From an uncultured delta proteobacterium (GTDB lineage: Bacteria; Desulfobacterota; Desulfobacteria; Desulfobacterales; SG8-13), in the NCBI GenBank assembly GCA_963848135.1, contig CAWKCK010000005.1, forward strand, positions 496,001 to 560,000: DNA of 64,000 nucleotides, read 5' to 3'. Shown piece after piece: positions 48,747 through 59,907 of this stretch. Each line of letters starts with the position of its first letter. Position 1 is the first letter of the stretch. The notes under the pieces are model-generated. The model saw only the letters and a program-made list of their open reading frames with translations, had not been told where the DNA came from and made no database searches. The position numbers and the translations under genes were made by a program.

Positions 48747-49235
48747 TTATTTCTCCATGGCCGTAAAACCGGAGCGCGCCGTCTCGATTATTTTATCCTC
48801 CCCCACCGCTTGCATAAAATCGTCGACATATTTTGAGGTGCCGGCCACTTGAACGATAAAAAGTTCGTGGTTGCGGCGGTCGAGAATCTGAAAATTGAAT
48901 TGCCGTTCGAGTTCCTCAAGCGAGGTTTGGTCCGCCTCTAGTTTGATGATGGCCACCTCCCGCCAGAAGCTGCCGTCTACATCCAGCTCTTTGGCCGATA
49001 GAACTTCGGCAACCTTTTCAATCTGTTTGATCACCTGCAGCACCTTGTCATCGCTGTTTTCGTAAAGGGTCAGCGTCATGCGGCTGATGCCGGGCCGGTG
49101 CGTGCGGCAGGCGGTGATGGTTTCAACGTTGTACATTTTCCGACGGATCAGCATCGAAATTTTGTTCAGAACGCCCGGGCGATTCAACATGAAAATCAAG
49201 ATGGCCCGTCTTTTTATCGGCTCTTTCGCTGTCAT
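48747..49235 (-). CDS. ilvN: acetolactate synthase small subunit
   Basis: NRPGVLNKI ACT domain, IETARSG; follows ilvB. Confidence 0.88.
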   Translation of the reverse strand: MTAKEPIKRRAILIFMLNRPGVLNKISMLIRRKMYNVETITACRTHRPGISRMTLTLYENSDDKVLQVIKQIEKVAEVLSAKELDVDGSFWREVAIIKLEADQTSLEELERQFNFQILDRRNHELFIVQVAGTSKYVDDFMQAVGEDKIIETARSGFTAMEK

Positions 49236-49259
49236 TGCAATTGCTCCTGGCGGATGGGT

Positions 49260-50993
49260 TCATTTTTTGAGCGATGTAATCATGTCCGTAATCCCGCCAC
49301 CCGCCGGTACCATTGGCAAGACGATTTCACTGGGATCACAGAGAAATTCGACCATGTAAGCTCCGCGATGTTCGGCCGCGGCAGATAGGGCATCCTCAAT
49401 CGCCGCCACTTCGGTGACCTGCCGGTAGGGTATCCCATAGGCTGACGCAATCTTACCGAAATCGGGATTTTTCATCGGTGTTCCTGCAAATCGGCCGTCG
49501 TAGAATAACGTTTGCCACTGCCGCACCATTCCAAGATACCCGTTATTGAAAAGCAGGATCTTAATATCGACCTCGTGCTCCATTACTGCGCCCAATTCCT
49601 GAATGTTCATCTGAAACCCGCCGTCACCGCTGACCGACCATACCCGTTCACCGGGTCGAACCAGTTTTATACCAATGGCCATCGGCAGCGCACACCCCAT
49701 GGTTCCGGCGCCGCCAGATGTAAACCAGCTGTTGGGGGTTTGAAAATTATAGAACCGGGCCAGGATCATCTGGTGCTGACCGACATCGGAAACGATGATA
49801 TCTCTGCCACCGGTCACATCTGAAAGTTTGCTGACGATGGTTTTCATCAGCAACTGCCCTTCATTCCCGACGCCGTTGCGAATTTCTTCTTGAACTTCAT
49901 CGGCAATTTCGCGGCGATGAAGTTCGATTTGCTCGAACCAGAGCCGCCTCGGTTTGGCTATCAGTTCCGGATTTTGTAGCATTTGGTGGAGCGCTCCGGA
50001 AACACTTGCATTTATCGCCACTGATGTCTTGACGTTTTTATCGATTTCCGAAGGATCGATTTCGACGTGAATAACCTCAGACGTGGTGGCGAATGTTGCC
50101 AGATTCCCGGTTACCCTGTCGTCGAAACGCATACCCATCGCGATGATCAGATCAGCATTCAACAAGGCTCGGTTCGATTCAACCGTCCCGTGCATCCCCA
50201 CCATGCCCAAACTCAGCGGGTGGTCAACCGGAAAAGCAGAAAGACCGTGCAGGGTGAAGGCAACCGGAATATTGGCCTTTTCGGCAAATTGTCGCATGGC
50301 CTCACCGACATTGGCGGCAATAACACCGTGCCCGCAAAGAATCACCGGCCGTTCGCTCCTGTTGATCAGCGCCACCGCATGGCGGATGGCATCTCGATCG
50401 GGATGGGGCGAATGAAGTACACCGGCAAGCCCGGGATTGAACGCAATGGGATCGAAACGATAGCCTTCTTTGGGCTCCAGGTTTTGGATGTCCTTGGGAA
50501 TATCGACCACAACCGGCCCACCACGGCCAACGGTGGCAACAAGAAAGGCCTCGTGGATCGATTCTTCGATTGTTTCCACACGCAGCGGCATATATGTCTG
50601 TTTCGTCAGGGGCATCATCACTCCCACCACATCGCTTTCCTGGAACGCATCCGTTGCAATCACTCCGGTGGGGACCTGACCGGTGATTGCAACGAGTGGA
50701 ACCGAATCCATACCGGCGTCAGCGATTCCTGTGACCAGGTTCATGGCTCCCGGACCCGAAGTAGCCATACACACGCCGACCTGTGGATTCGCGGTGGACA
50801 ATGAACCCCGGGAGACCCCCTGGGCCATAAAGGCGGCACCCTGTTCGTGTCGCGACATGATGAAGGCAAAAGCATTCTGCCTTTCCATCTCGTCAAAAAC
50901 CGGCATGATAGCCCCGCCGGTGTAGCCGAAGACGTACTTAACGCCCTTGTCTCTCAAAGCTTTAATAACCAGTTCCGAACCTTTCATTGTCAC
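49260..50993 (-). CDS. ilvB: acetolactate synthase large subunit
   Basis: RHEQGA, TSGPGA, RFDDRVTG, GDGGFQMN, GMVRQWQ. Confidence 0.95.
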   Translation of the reverse strand: MTMKGSELVIKALRDKGVKYVFGYTGGAIMPVFDEMERQNAFAFIMSRHEQGAAFMAQGVSRGSLSTANPQVGVCMATSGPGAMNLVTGIADAGMDSVPLVAITGQVPTGVIATDAFQESDVVGVMMPLTKQTYMPLRVETIEESIHEAFLVATVGRGGPVVVDIPKDIQNLEPKEGYRFDPIAFNPGLAGVLHSPHPDRDAIRHAVALINRSERPVILCGHGVIAANVGEAMRQFAEKANIPVAFTLHGLSAFPVDHPLSLGMVGMHGTVESNRALLNADLIIAMGMRFDDRVTGNLATFATTSEVIHVEIDPSEIDKNVKTSVAINASVSGALHQMLQNPELIAKPRRLWFEQIELHRREIADEVQEEIRNGVGNEGQLLMKTIVSKLSDVTGGRDIIVSDVGQHQMILARFYNFQTPNSWFTSGGAGTMGCALPMAIGIKLVRPGERVWSVSGDGGFQMNIQELGAVMEHEVDIKILLFNNGYLGMVRQWQTLFYDGRFAGTPMKNPDFGKIASAYGIPYRQVTEVAAIEDALSAAAEHRGAYMVEFLCDPSEIVLPMVPAGGGITDMITSLKK

Positions 50994-51400
50994 TCTCTTT
51001 TCCTACGCTTTAAATTTGTGCGCTACCCTGCATGACCTAATCAAATCCGGTATTTGTGTCCGGGACGACAGATATGAGGGAAAGAATTACTTCGTTTGAA
51101 ATGAAAATACAACCATCCTTCATATTCGCCAACTCATTTGGACTTGAGTAATATAATGGCAATGTTTCACATTTCTACCCCCTTCAGTTAAAAAGGCGTT
51201 CGAAAGTGCTCGTTTTGTGTCGTTATTTCAGGTTTTGGCTGAATATTTCTGATGTGATTGACAATCGAGGCACTAAATGGCATGTTTCGATATGATGGCG
51301 ATAGTGATGGTTTCTGCCTGAATTGGCCGCTCTCTGACCGGTCTTCACCATTGGATTCGTCGGGCAACCCGACTCATCAGATACTATCCAGAGAAAAAAC

Positions 51401-52810
51401 ATGGGCAAAACACTGTTTGAAAAAATATGGGACACACATGTCGTAAAGGAACTCCCCGACGGGGCAACCCTTATTTACATCGATCGGCATCTGGTACATG
51501 AGGTCACAAGCCCCCAGGCATTCGAAGGACTGCGCTTGGCCGGTCGCAAAATCAGACGGCCCGACCTGTCGTTTGCAACCATGGATCACAATGTTCCCAC
51601 GACATCAGACCGGCTGAATATCGAAGATCCCATCTCCCGGGCTCAGGTTGAAGCCATGAGCCGAAACTGCGAAGAATTCGGTGTCACACTGTTTGGATTG
51701 GGTCACAGGTACCAGGGTATCGTTCACATCATCGGTCCTGAACTGGGATTGACGCTTCCGGGCCTGACCGTGGTCTGCGGTGACTCACATACATCGACCC
51801 ATGGTGCTTTCGGCACTTTGGCGTTCGGTATCGGGACTTCGGAAGTCGAGCACGTGCTCGTAACCCAAACGCTGGCCCAACCCAAACCACGCACCTATAA
51901 AGTGGAGTTTTCCGGGCATCCGGGACCCGGCATCTACTCGAAAGATCTGGTATTGAAAATGATCGGAACCATTGGCACAGCCGGGGGGACGGGCCACGTG
52001 CTCGAATATTGCGGCGAAGCCGTGCGGTCCCTGTCGATGGAAGCACGCATGAGCATCTGCAACATGAGCATCGAGGCCGGTGCCCGGGCCGGCATGATCG
52101 CCCCCGACGAGACCACCTTTGAATACATCGCTGCCGGAAATCGCCCGTATGCACCCCGGGGTAAAGAACTGGAGCGTGCCATTTCCTACTGGAAAACCCT
52201 GCCCAGCGACGACGATGCGGTTTTTGACCGAAGCCTCACCATCGACACCAGCCGAATCGCCCCCCAGGTGACCTGGGGAAACAACCCGGGCATGGTCATT
52301 GACATTGACCAACCGATTCCCGAGACGGACCAAGCTGTCGGACACAGCCGGGCGGACGCCGAGAAAGCCCTGGAGTACATGGGACTGACTCCCGGAACTT
52401 TCCTGACCGATGTCAATGTCGATGTGGTTTTCATCGGCAGTTGCACCAATTCGCGCATCGAAGACCTGCGTTTGGCGGCCGAGATATTGAAAGGTCGAAA
52501 AAAGGCCGAACACGTCCAGGTTCTGGTGGTACCGGGCTCCCAGCAGGTGAGAGAACAGGCCGAAGCGGAAGGCCTGGATAAGATTTTCAAAGACGCCGGT
52601 GCCGAGTGGCGCTATGCCGGGTGCAGCATGTGTTTAGGCATGAATCCAGATCAGCTGCAACCCCAACAGCGCTGCGCTTCTACATCCAACCGCAATTTCG
52701 AGGGACGCCAGGGTAAAGGTGGGCGTACTCATCTGGTCAGCCCGCAGATGGCTGCGGCGGCAGCGGTAGAAGGAAAATTCGTCGACATTCGCAAATGGCC
52801 GAGAATCTAA
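51401..52810 (+). CDS. leuC: 3-isopropylmalate dehydratase large subunit
   Basis: [40 protein letters not shown]. Confidence 0.97.
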   Translation: MGKTLFEKIWDTHVVKELPDGATLIYIDRHLVHEVTSPQAFEGLRLAGRKIRRPDLSFATMDHNVPTTSDRLNIEDPISRAQVEAMSRNCEEFGVTLFGLGHRYQGIVHIIGPELGLTLPGLTVVCGDSHTSTHGAFGTLAFGIGTSEVEHVLVTQTLAQPKPRTYKVEFSGHPGPGIYSKDLVLKMIGTIGTAGGTGHVLEYCGEAVRSLSMEARMSICNMSIEAGARAGMIAPDETTFEYIAAGNRPYAPRGKELERAISYWKTLPSDDDAVFDRSLTIDTSRIAPQVTWGNNPGMVIDIDQPIPETDQAVGHSRADAEKALEYMGLTPGTFLTDVNVDVVFIGSCTNSRIEDLRLAAEILKGRKKAEHVQVLVVPGSQQVREQAEAEGLDKIFKDAGAEWRYAGCSMCLGMNPDQLQPQQRCASTSNRNFEGRQGKGGRTHLVSPQMAAAAAVEGKFVDIRKWPRI

Positions 52811-52843
52811 TCCTGGACATTGCACCACAGATAAGGACCTCAC

Positions 52844-53479
52844 ATGAAATCTTTCACAACACACACCGGAATCGTGGCCCGGTTGGACCGGTCGAATGTG
52901 GATACCGATCAGATCATTCCCAAACAATTTTTGAAATCGATCAAAAGAACCGGCTATGGGCCAAATGCCTTCTTCGATTGGCGTTACACAGACGCTGGAG
53001 AACCCCACGCCGATTTCGAACTCAATCATCCGCGTTTTGAAGGACGTTCCATCCTGGTTGTCCGCAACAATTTTGGTTGCGGATCGAGCCGGGAACATGC
53101 GGTATGGGCTCTGCATCAGGACGGTTATAGGGTCATCATTGCACCCTGGAAGGAAATCAACGGCGAACGGGTGCCCGGTTTTGCCGATATCTTCCGCAGC
53201 AACGCCGTGAAAAACGGATTGTTGACCGTGGAACTTTCAAGCGACGAAGTGGACCGAATTTTTGAACTTGTTAACACTCACGAGGGATTGAAAGCCACCA
53301 CCGACCTGACCTCGCAGAAAATCATCGTGCACGCTCAGGAAACGGTGGTCTTTCACTTCCAGATGGACAAAGGCATCCGCGAAAGACTCATTGGGGGTTT
53401 AGATGATATTTCCCTGACTCTCCAGCATGAAGAGCACATTACGCACTTTGAATCGAACCTCGATTCAATGCTGCCGTGA
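52844..53479 (+). CDS. leuD: 3-isopropylmalate dehydratase small subunit
   Basis: NVDTDQIIPKQFL, NFGCGSSREHA. Confidence 0.97.
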   Translation: MKSFTTHTGIVARLDRSNVDTDQIIPKQFLKSIKRTGYGPNAFFDWRYTDAGEPHADFELNHPRFEGRSILVVRNNFGCGSSREHAVWALHQDGYRVIIAPWKEINGERVPGFADIFRSNAVKNGLLTVELSSDEVDRIFELVNTHEGLKATTDLTSQKIIVHAQETVVFHFQMDKGIRERLIGGLDDISLTLQHEEHITHFESNLDSMLP

Positions 53480-53537
53480 AACGACTCGACGCCTTTAAGT
53501 CGAAAGCAGTTTAGCAGTTATTGGTCATTATTCTCCA

Positions 53538-53975
53538 TTAAAAATCCGGGTCTTCCGGATGAGGCTTTCCGCGGCCCTCCTCGAGATATCTCTTGAGGCT
53601 GACGCCGAGAAAAAATCCCCACTTGCTGTTGCAGTGCATGTAAAATTCACTGGGCGCGTTCCAGTCGCGGTGCCCGAATAACAGCTCTGCACCCTTGTCG
53701 TGCGGCCGAATTTCAAAAGTCAGGCGGGTGCCCACCCATTCCGCCAACGAATCCACGCAACGCCACTCGACATATCTGCCCGGCTGTAGATCGATGATCT
53801 GCATATCGGGACCGATGGACCCGTCGCCGAACCGAAACCTGGCGACACTGCCAACCTCCGGCTGTACCTCGGTCATCGGGGTCCACCAGCCTGCCAGCCC
53901 TTTCTGGGTCGTCAGGGCTTCGTACACGTTATCCGGTGCTGTATTGATAATGATCTTATGCAGGATATCCGCCAT
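53538..53975 (-). CDS. SRPBCC/AHSA1 domain protein
   Basis: VYEALTT..GLAGWW, EWVGT, HCNSKW. Confidence 0.85.
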   Translation of the reverse strand: MADILHKIIINTAPDNVYEALTTQKGLAGWWTPMTEVQPEVGSVARFRFGDGSIGPDMQIIDLQPGRYVEWRCVDSLAEWVGTRLTFEIRPHDKGAELLFGHRDWNAPSEFYMHCNSKWGFFLGVSLKRYLEEGRGKPHPEDPDF

Positions 53976-54061
53976 GACATGCTCCTTCTTCTGCTGGCAT
54001 TGAAACCGTACAAAGGAATCGGGGATCTTCGATCGGACAACCGTATTGCCAGTCGTTAAAT

Positions 54062-54487
54062 TTAATCCATAAGTTTTGCATTCATCGAGATCTTGACGTT
54101 AAGGGCCCGGCTGACCGGGCAACCCGCCTTGGCTTTCTCAGCAGCCTCCAAAAATGCTTTCTCAGCGGCCCCGGGCGCACGTACCTTTACCTCGAGATGA
54201 ACCGCTGTTATCGAAAATCCACCGCCATTTTTATCGAGGCTGACAGTCGCTGTGGTGTTGATTTGTTCCGGCTTGATGTTCGATTCACCGAGCATCATCG
54301 AAAGCGCCATCGAAAAACAGCCAGCGTGTGCAGCGGCAATCAGTTCTTCGGGGTTGGTTCCAACCCCCTCTTCGAACCGCGTGTTAAAAGAATACGGCGT
54401 GTCAGACAGCACACCACTGTTTGTCGTCAGGCGACCCTTTCCGTCTGTAAGTCCACCTGTCCATACGGCTGATGCATTACGTTTCAT
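54062..54487 (-). CDS. osmC: OsmC family peroxiredoxin
   Basis: GTNPEELIAAAHAGCF, CPVSRAL. Confidence 0.93.
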   Translation of the reverse strand: MKRNASAVWTGGLTDGKGRLTTNSGVLSDTPYSFNTRFEEGVGTNPEELIAAAHAGCFSMALSMMLGESNIKPEQINTTATVSLDKNGGGFSITAVHLEVKVRAPGAAEKAFLEAAEKAKAGCPVSRALNVKISMNAKLMD

Positions 54488-54620
54488 GATTGACTCCTTT
54501 CAAACATATTGAATTTTTCCTCCCTCGAAGTAGAATAAGTATCCTCTATTCGTAGGATCCGTATCCAGTTAATTCGTGAGAGAGTTGGTAATAACTTTAC
54601 CCCTCAATGAACATTTTCAG

Positions 54621-55199
54621 CTATTGCCCGAAATTGATATTCCCGACCACCCTGTAGGGAACCTCCTCATTGAGAGTCAGAAGAACCCCTTGACCCGATG
54701 AAACGCCGGTGTCGGCAATGGCAGCGATCGTGACGAAATGGGTGACCAAGATAACCAACTCGCCATCCACCGGCTGTTGCATAATGAAATCGTTTAATGC
54801 CTTGACGTTCGGCTCGCGGTCCTGAACCCGTTCGTAAAACGAATTCAACGCCGGCAACTCCTGGACCGGCCCCAAACCTATCAGCGTAGCGGTTTCGAGA
54901 CAGCGGCACCACTGGCTGGAAAATACCCGCGCTGACCCGACCCCTTTGGAGCGCAGCCAATCCCCTATTTTTCGTGCCTGATCCCTGCCGGAAGCATCGA
55001 GGTTGCGCTGAGTGGCGCAGTCACCGATTTTAAAAGTGGATGGATCGCCACTTCCGGGTGCTTTGGCATGACGAATCATAAGAATGTGCCCACCGGATGT
55101 CAGCCGATCGATGACCTCGGACGGGTCTGCTGAATCACCGGATGCGGTCAGGGCGACCAATCCTATCAGCATGAATACGACGAAATATAACACCCTCAT
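54621..55199 (-). CDS. exported histidine phosphatase family protein
   Basis: Signal peptide; IRHA, SSQWCRCLETA, LVTH. Confidence 0.85.
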   Translation of the reverse strand: MRVLYFVVFMLIGLVALTASGDSADPSEVIDRLTSGGHILMIRHAKAPGSGDPSTFKIGDCATQRNLDASGRDQARKIGDWLRSKGVGSARVFSSQWCRCLETATLIGLGPVQELPALNSFYERVQDREPNVKALNDFIMQQPVDGELVILVTHFVTIAAIADTGVSSGQGVLLTLNEEVPYRVVGNINFGQ

Positions 55200-55267
55200 G
55201 TTTGAGAACCTTGATCAATGGTTGCATCGTCAATGGGACTTAACACCCTGTTAAACAGGCCATCTCG

Positions 55268-56257
55268 CTACACGGTCACCACGATTTTGCCCATTTGCTG
55301 GTTGGACTCCATGAAGCGGTGGGACTGGACGATGTCTTCCAGGGAGAATGTCCGTGCAATGATCGGTTTCAATGCGCCTGAGGCCAAGCCATCGTAGGTG
55401 AATTTTTTACCACGGGACAACCTTTCGGGATCGGCAACAATCTCGAATAAGGTGTAACCCCTCACGGTCAGACCTTTTCCAATGGCGTCAAATAGGGGAA
55501 ACGGTGTAGGCTCCGGCGACAGCGCACCATACTGAAAAATGATGGCGCGGTCTGCAGCAGCAGCAGTAAGTTTTTCCAGAAAAGGCCCGGCCACCGGATC
55601 GAAGATAATGCTGGCACCCTTGCCGTCGGTGAATTTCTTCATTTGGGTGGCCACATCTTCCTTCTCGGTCACAATGACGTGGTCCGCCCCGGCCTCGAGA
55701 AGAAATTCCTTCTTTCCATCGCCGCGAGTTGTGGCCACAGCCATGGCCCCTGAAGATTTGACAATCTGAATAGCGGCGAGCCCAACGCTGCTGCTCGCAG
55801 CAGTTATCAACACGGTATCTTCTCTTTTCAGGCGGCCATATTCTACCAACGCGCCGAAGGCGGTCATATACTGCATCCAAATGGCAGCGCCTTCGACGGC
55901 GGAAAGATTGTCAGGGTAACTGGCCACCGAATAGGCGGGAACGATCGCACTTTCTCCATAGACCCCGTATTTGCCGATAGAAAATGACGGAATGGTACTT
56001 ACGCGGTCACCGATATGAATATCCCCGCTCCCCGGTCCCACGGCATCGACAATTCCGGCGGCTTCATACCCGATTCTCGACGGAAATTCTGGAGCTTCCA
56101 GATACTGTCCTTGCCGGAACATCACCTCGGCGCGGTTAAGGCCAATCGCCTCCACTTTCAAGCGAACTTCCCCTTCGCCGGGTTCGGAAAGCGGTGCATC
56201 TTCCAGCTTAAGCACGTCGGCGGCTCCTGTTTGATGGAAACGAACGATTCTCGGCAT
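55268..56257 (-). CDS. MDR-family NADPH:quinone oxidoreductase-like protein
   Basis: GLNRAE, GYEAAG, TAASSSVGLAAIQ, GKIVV. Confidence 0.9.
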   Translation of the reverse strand: MPRIVRFHQTGAADVLKLEDAPLSEPGEGEVRLKVEAIGLNRAEVMFRQGQYLEAPEFPSRIGYEAAGIVDAVGPGSGDIHIGDRVSTIPSFSIGKYGVYGESAIVPAYSVASYPDNLSAVEGAAIWMQYMTAFGALVEYGRLKREDTVLITAASSSVGLAAIQIVKSSGAMAVATTRGDGKKEFLLEAGADHVIVTEKEDVATQMKKFTDGKGASIIFDPVAGPFLEKLTAAAADRAIIFQYGALSPEPTPFPLFDAIGKGLTVRGYTLFEIVADPERLSRGKKFTYDGLASGALKPIIARTFSLEDIVQSHRFMESNQQMGKIVVTV

Positions 56258-56587
56258 GACATTTCTCCTGTATAGACAGTTTTTATAAATCGTATATCAA
56301 TTAAAAATGTAAGGCCTGGGGCCATGTTGTCAAACCCTGTACAAAATGCCTTTCGTTTGGGGAGTTAACGCTACCAAACCAAATCGAGTTTGTGAGCGCA
56401 ACGCCAGCTTTTGCCCGGTGTATTAATATTCATACACACGTAACATATCGAAAACTATATAAATAGATTGCACAATCCCGGAAATTGGCACCCGGCTGAC
56501 CTCAAAACCCTACGATTGACAGGGAATTGAACCTGGAGAGATGTATAACCTACCGAAAAATTTATATTTTTTAATTAATACCGAAGA

Positions 56588-56602
56588 TGGCACGAAAATT
56601 GT
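56588..56602 (+). promoter_or_regulatory. candidate sigma-54 promoter
   Basis: TGGCAC-N5-TTGT (-12 element has GT for GC), preceded by an AT-rich tract. Confidence 0.4.
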
Positions 56603-56822
56603 TCTACCAATTAGGGCTTACGGCGTCTTTGAGGTTCAGAATCCCATCTGAAGCCGGAGATAAAACAGATGGATTCGTCTGGTGTTCCCTATATTAAATA
56701 TTTCAGCAGTCGGGGAGTTTTTCTAATCAACCCTTAACTGGAGAGGAAGGGGTTACGGAAGATCTCCAATTGTTTAAATATTTCTTCATACTTTAAAAAT
56801 TATAATTCGAGGGAGAAAAGCC

Positions 56823-57293
56823 ATGACAAAGAAAAAGTTTTTTTTACTACCTTTACTCTTGATTTTTAGCCTCCTTATCGGCGGGTCTTTCCCGGTCGTA
56901 GCATCACCGCCGCCAAAAACCCTCAAAGATGCCGTCGATTATTTTTATACCGGTCAAAATGAAGGTCCGGTGCTGGTCGAAACCAAAGTATGTAAGGTCA
57001 TGCACTCCCTTGACTGCAAGACCGACCTCGACCCCAATGCTGTTCCCATGGGAGAAACAGTCAACGTCTGGATGCAATTTTTTGTACCAAAGGACGCTGT
57101 CTATGATGATATTATGGTTGAATATGCCCATGAAGGGGTGCCCCGGCTGCTAACGCCACACAAAATACAAGGATCCATCCGATACCGCCTGGTAGACAAG
57201 TATAAGCTCGACAAACCCGGTAGTTGGACGATCAGTGTCAAGAGGGGCAAAACGAGTTTGAAAAAAATCGATGTCAAGGTCGTAAAGAAGTAA
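56823..57293 (+). CDS. exported hypothetical protein (beta-rich)
   Basis: Signal peptide; GGGAG RBS; two Cys. Confidence 0.75.
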   Translation: MTKKKFFLLPLLLIFSLLIGGSFPVVASPPPKTLKDAVDYFYTGQNEGPVLVETKVCKVMHSLDCKTDLDPNAVPMGETVNVWMQFFVPKDAVYDDIMVEYAHEGVPRLLTPHKIQGSIRYRLVDKYKLDKPGSWTISVKRGKTSLKKIDVKVVKK

Positions 57294-57441
57294 TTGCGGC
57301 CGACAGTTGCGGGGGTTATTAAGATATCGATCCGCTATTATAACGATGTTTTCACCGACACTACCCTTCCGTGCCGTGGAATATATTTTTGAAAAGCGGT
57401 ATAAATCCTCGGACCCGGGATTTCTCGGGTCAATGATCGAG

Positions 57442-57477
57442 AGAGCCTGTCAATCCTGAGGACAGGCTCTTTCTTTT
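57442..57477 (+). terminator. candidate intrinsic terminator
   Basis: AGAGCCTGTC/GACAGGCTCT stem followed by TTCTTTT. Confidence 0.55.
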
Positions 57478-57501
57478 CCCGTGTGTATGAGGCAATTCGA
57501 T

Positions 57502-57724
57502 ACCTAATTTGAGCGATTGTCGAGGTTTCCACAGATACAAGGAAGATGTCGTTTCGTTATAGTCAGGCTATGCGGGACGGCGCATGACGCCGTAGATGCG
57601 GCAACCCTCCAGATGCGGATAAAGATCGGCAATCCCGATGGGTTTCAAATTTTAACATCGAACGAAGATAGAATTCCTTATAAATAGAGCCGTTCCCTCT
57701 CCATTTAAAATTTGAAACGCTCAC
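57502..57724 (+). repeat. dispersed repeat family A, longest copy
   Basis: Shares its 5' ~150 bp with 17925-18053 and both ends with 7046-7127. Confidence 0.9.
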
Positions 57725-57747
57725 TTTAGGAGATAGTAAGGTTGCGA

Positions 57748-58151
57748 CTACACTCCGACAAGTTGGATGACCGTCACCTCCGGTGGTGCAAGAAACCGTA
57801 CCGGAGGTCCCCAGGTGCCCGTACCTCTGCTGACGTACAATCGCTGGTTATCGCCGAGAACCATAAGCCCGGCGGTTCTAGGGTAGACCCTTTTAACGAT
57901 AAGGTTGAACGGAAAAACCTGCCCTTTATGCGTGTGCCCCGACAACTGGAGGTCGAACAAGCCATCGATTCCCTCTGTTACTGCGGGGCGATGCTTGAGC
58001 AACAATATGAATTTTTCATTGTCCAGTTCTTTCAGCAAACCGCTTTCACTGCCGCCGTGGCCATAGGGTCGGGGTCAAGGGCGTGCTTGAACCTGAGAAA
58101 GGCAAACAGATTGAATCCACCGTAAAGGCTAAAGAAGACGAGGAAAAACAA
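57748..58151 (-). pseudogene. membrane metallophosphoesterase (YkuE-like) with large internal deletion
   Basis: C-terminal LLKHRP, LSGHTHKGQ, YVSRGTG; out-of-frame N-terminal LFFLVFFSLYGGFNLFAFLR just upstream; central motifs absent. Confidence 0.7.
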
Positions 58152-58181
58152 ATGTGATCCACCCTCCGTGAACATCCCGGG

Positions 58182-59423
58182 TTAATGCGTTTTGGGTTTC
58201 CGCAGCAATATTATCAACGCCAGTCCCATTACCGCTAAAGCGGTTAATACGATGAATGCCGCCTGATAGCTTCCGGTCAGATCAAAAATATACCCGGTCA
58301 ACAACGGGCCGACTGAACCGCCGATTGTACCGCTGAACAGGATCACACCGAAAAGAAGCCCATGGGATCCGGTGCCGAAAAGCTCGGCGACTGTGGGCGA
58401 CATAACGGTGAAGAGACCGCCATGCGCAAAACCGTAAATGACAGCAAAAGCAAAAAGCATCCACGCACCCTTGGCCACTTGCAGCCAGATGAGACTGCTG
58501 ATCAGGATAATGAAACAGATTATCAGCGACCGTTTACCGCCGATCCCATCGTTGGCCGTACCCATTATGATCCTTCCCAGCATGCTTACACCGCCGATCG
58601 TCGCAAGTACACCCGCGGCAACATTCGGCGCCAGGCCCTGGTCCCTTGCATGCGGCACGATGTGGACGATGGTGGTAAGCAGGCAGTAGAATATGGTAAA
58701 CTCGGCGATACATATGGTCCAGAATTGTATGGTCCGCGCCGCAGCTGGCAGGGAAAGACTTGGGATCTCAGAAAGAGCTGTCTTGCGGGCCCTATGCCGC
58801 CCCCCATCGGGCAATAAGCCGATTCCCTGCGGATCGCGTTTCATCACTTGGGCGACAGCCACCAGTGCCACCATTGCAACGGCTCCGATAATCAGGTAAG
58901 CGCTGCGCCAACCGAAGGCGGAAATAAGTCCTGTGGCGATCAAAGGCACCAGGAGCTGCCCCGCCCCGGTCCCCACCTTGACAAGACCCGACATCATACC
59001 ACGGCGGATGGTGAACCAACGGGCAACCGTGGACAACGTGATCACATCGTGGGTGCTGAACCCGATGCCGACGAATCCGCCATAAAGCAGGTAGAGCTGC
59101 CAGGGCATTTCCAGGTGCGACAGAAGCATGTACCCGAGCCCTAAAGATACGCCAGATACGGTAATAATAATCCTGGGGCCGATGCGGTCATTGAGGGTGC
59201 CGGCAAGAATTCCAACGGCGCCCATTACCAGAAATGCCAGAGATGAAGCCCCTGATATCAGCGCTCGAGACCACCCAAATGCCGCCTGGAACTCCTTGAA
59301 GAAAACGCCATATGTAAACATGGCGCCGATACACACCGCCTGAATTAGAAATCCTGCCGCGACAATGTTGTAGCCGTAAAAGTACCGTGTATTCAACCTG
59401 CCTCCCGAGTTTGAATGTCTCAT
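58182..59423 (-). CDS. MFS transporter (MCT/OFA-like)
   Basis: About 12 TM segments; GTLNDRIGPR motif A. Confidence 0.9.
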   Translation of the reverse strand: MRHSNSGGRLNTRYFYGYNIVAAGFLIQAVCIGAMFTYGVFFKEFQAAFGWSRALISGASSLAFLVMGAVGILAGTLNDRIGPRIIITVSGVSLGLGYMLLSHLEMPWQLYLLYGGFVGIGFSTHDVITLSTVARWFTIRRGMMSGLVKVGTGAGQLLVPLIATGLISAFGWRSAYLIIGAVAMVALVAVAQVMKRDPQGIGLLPDGGRHRARKTALSEIPSLSLPAAARTIQFWTICIAEFTIFYCLLTTIVHIVPHARDQGLAPNVAAGVLATIGGVSMLGRIIMGTANDGIGGKRSLIICFIILISSLIWLQVAKGAWMLFAFAVIYGFAHGGLFTVMSPTVAELFGTGSHGLLFGVILFSGTIGGSVGPLLTGYIFDLTGSYQAAFIVLTALAVMGLALIILLRKPKTH

Positions 59424-59715
59424 CTTGATTGCCGGAGAAAGGACCTTTTCAAATTACACTTAAAGATGCAATAGTCAAAATAAGCGGAATATGCTTAGTT
59501 TATCCCGATGCGTGACTCTATCAAGAACATGCCCGTCCGCGAGTGGTTGATGGCACTTTTTAGCGACCGCCATAGTTTGACGGCAAATCACACCATATTG
59601 CGCTGATTTCGTGACTTCTTTTAAAGCCTCTCCATAAATTCATTGTAGCTTTCCGCGTCGGATCATTTTTCGATTCCTTGACAACCGGCGAGGCAGTGGC
59701 CAATCTGAGACTCAT

Positions 59716-59861
59716 TAGAAGCCATCTCAAAATTAGGATTTTGGCCCAAGGTCAAGGCGGTTCATAGTTTCATCCCGCATGCGTACTGAAGTATGTCGAG
59801 GACTTGAAACGAGAAACCAACGTGGAGATTAGGCCAAAAAACTTTTTTGTGCTGGCTTCTA
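59716..59861. repeat. MITE-like element with terminal inverted repeats (family B)
   Basis: TAGAAGCCATCTCAAAA / TTTTGTGCTGGCTTCTA termini; internally palindromic. Confidence 0.65.
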
Positions 59862-59907
59862 GTCGTGGACCGTTTAGAATTCACCCACTCAACAAGGAGT
59901 ATACCAA

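Noticed and set aside
51292..51321. Possible attenuator leader peptide MMAIVMVSA upstream of leuC
   Set aside because: No Leu codons, no clear RBS and no terminator hairpin with a U-tract.
50067..52513. Long antisense ORFs (50067-50804, 51785-52513) and similar shadows elsewhere
   Set aside because: Fully overlap well-supported ilvB and leuC on the opposite strand; typical shadow ORFs.
53538..56257. Run of small same-strand genes as an integron array
   Set aside because: Spacers lack convincing attC palindromes or complementary R boxes.
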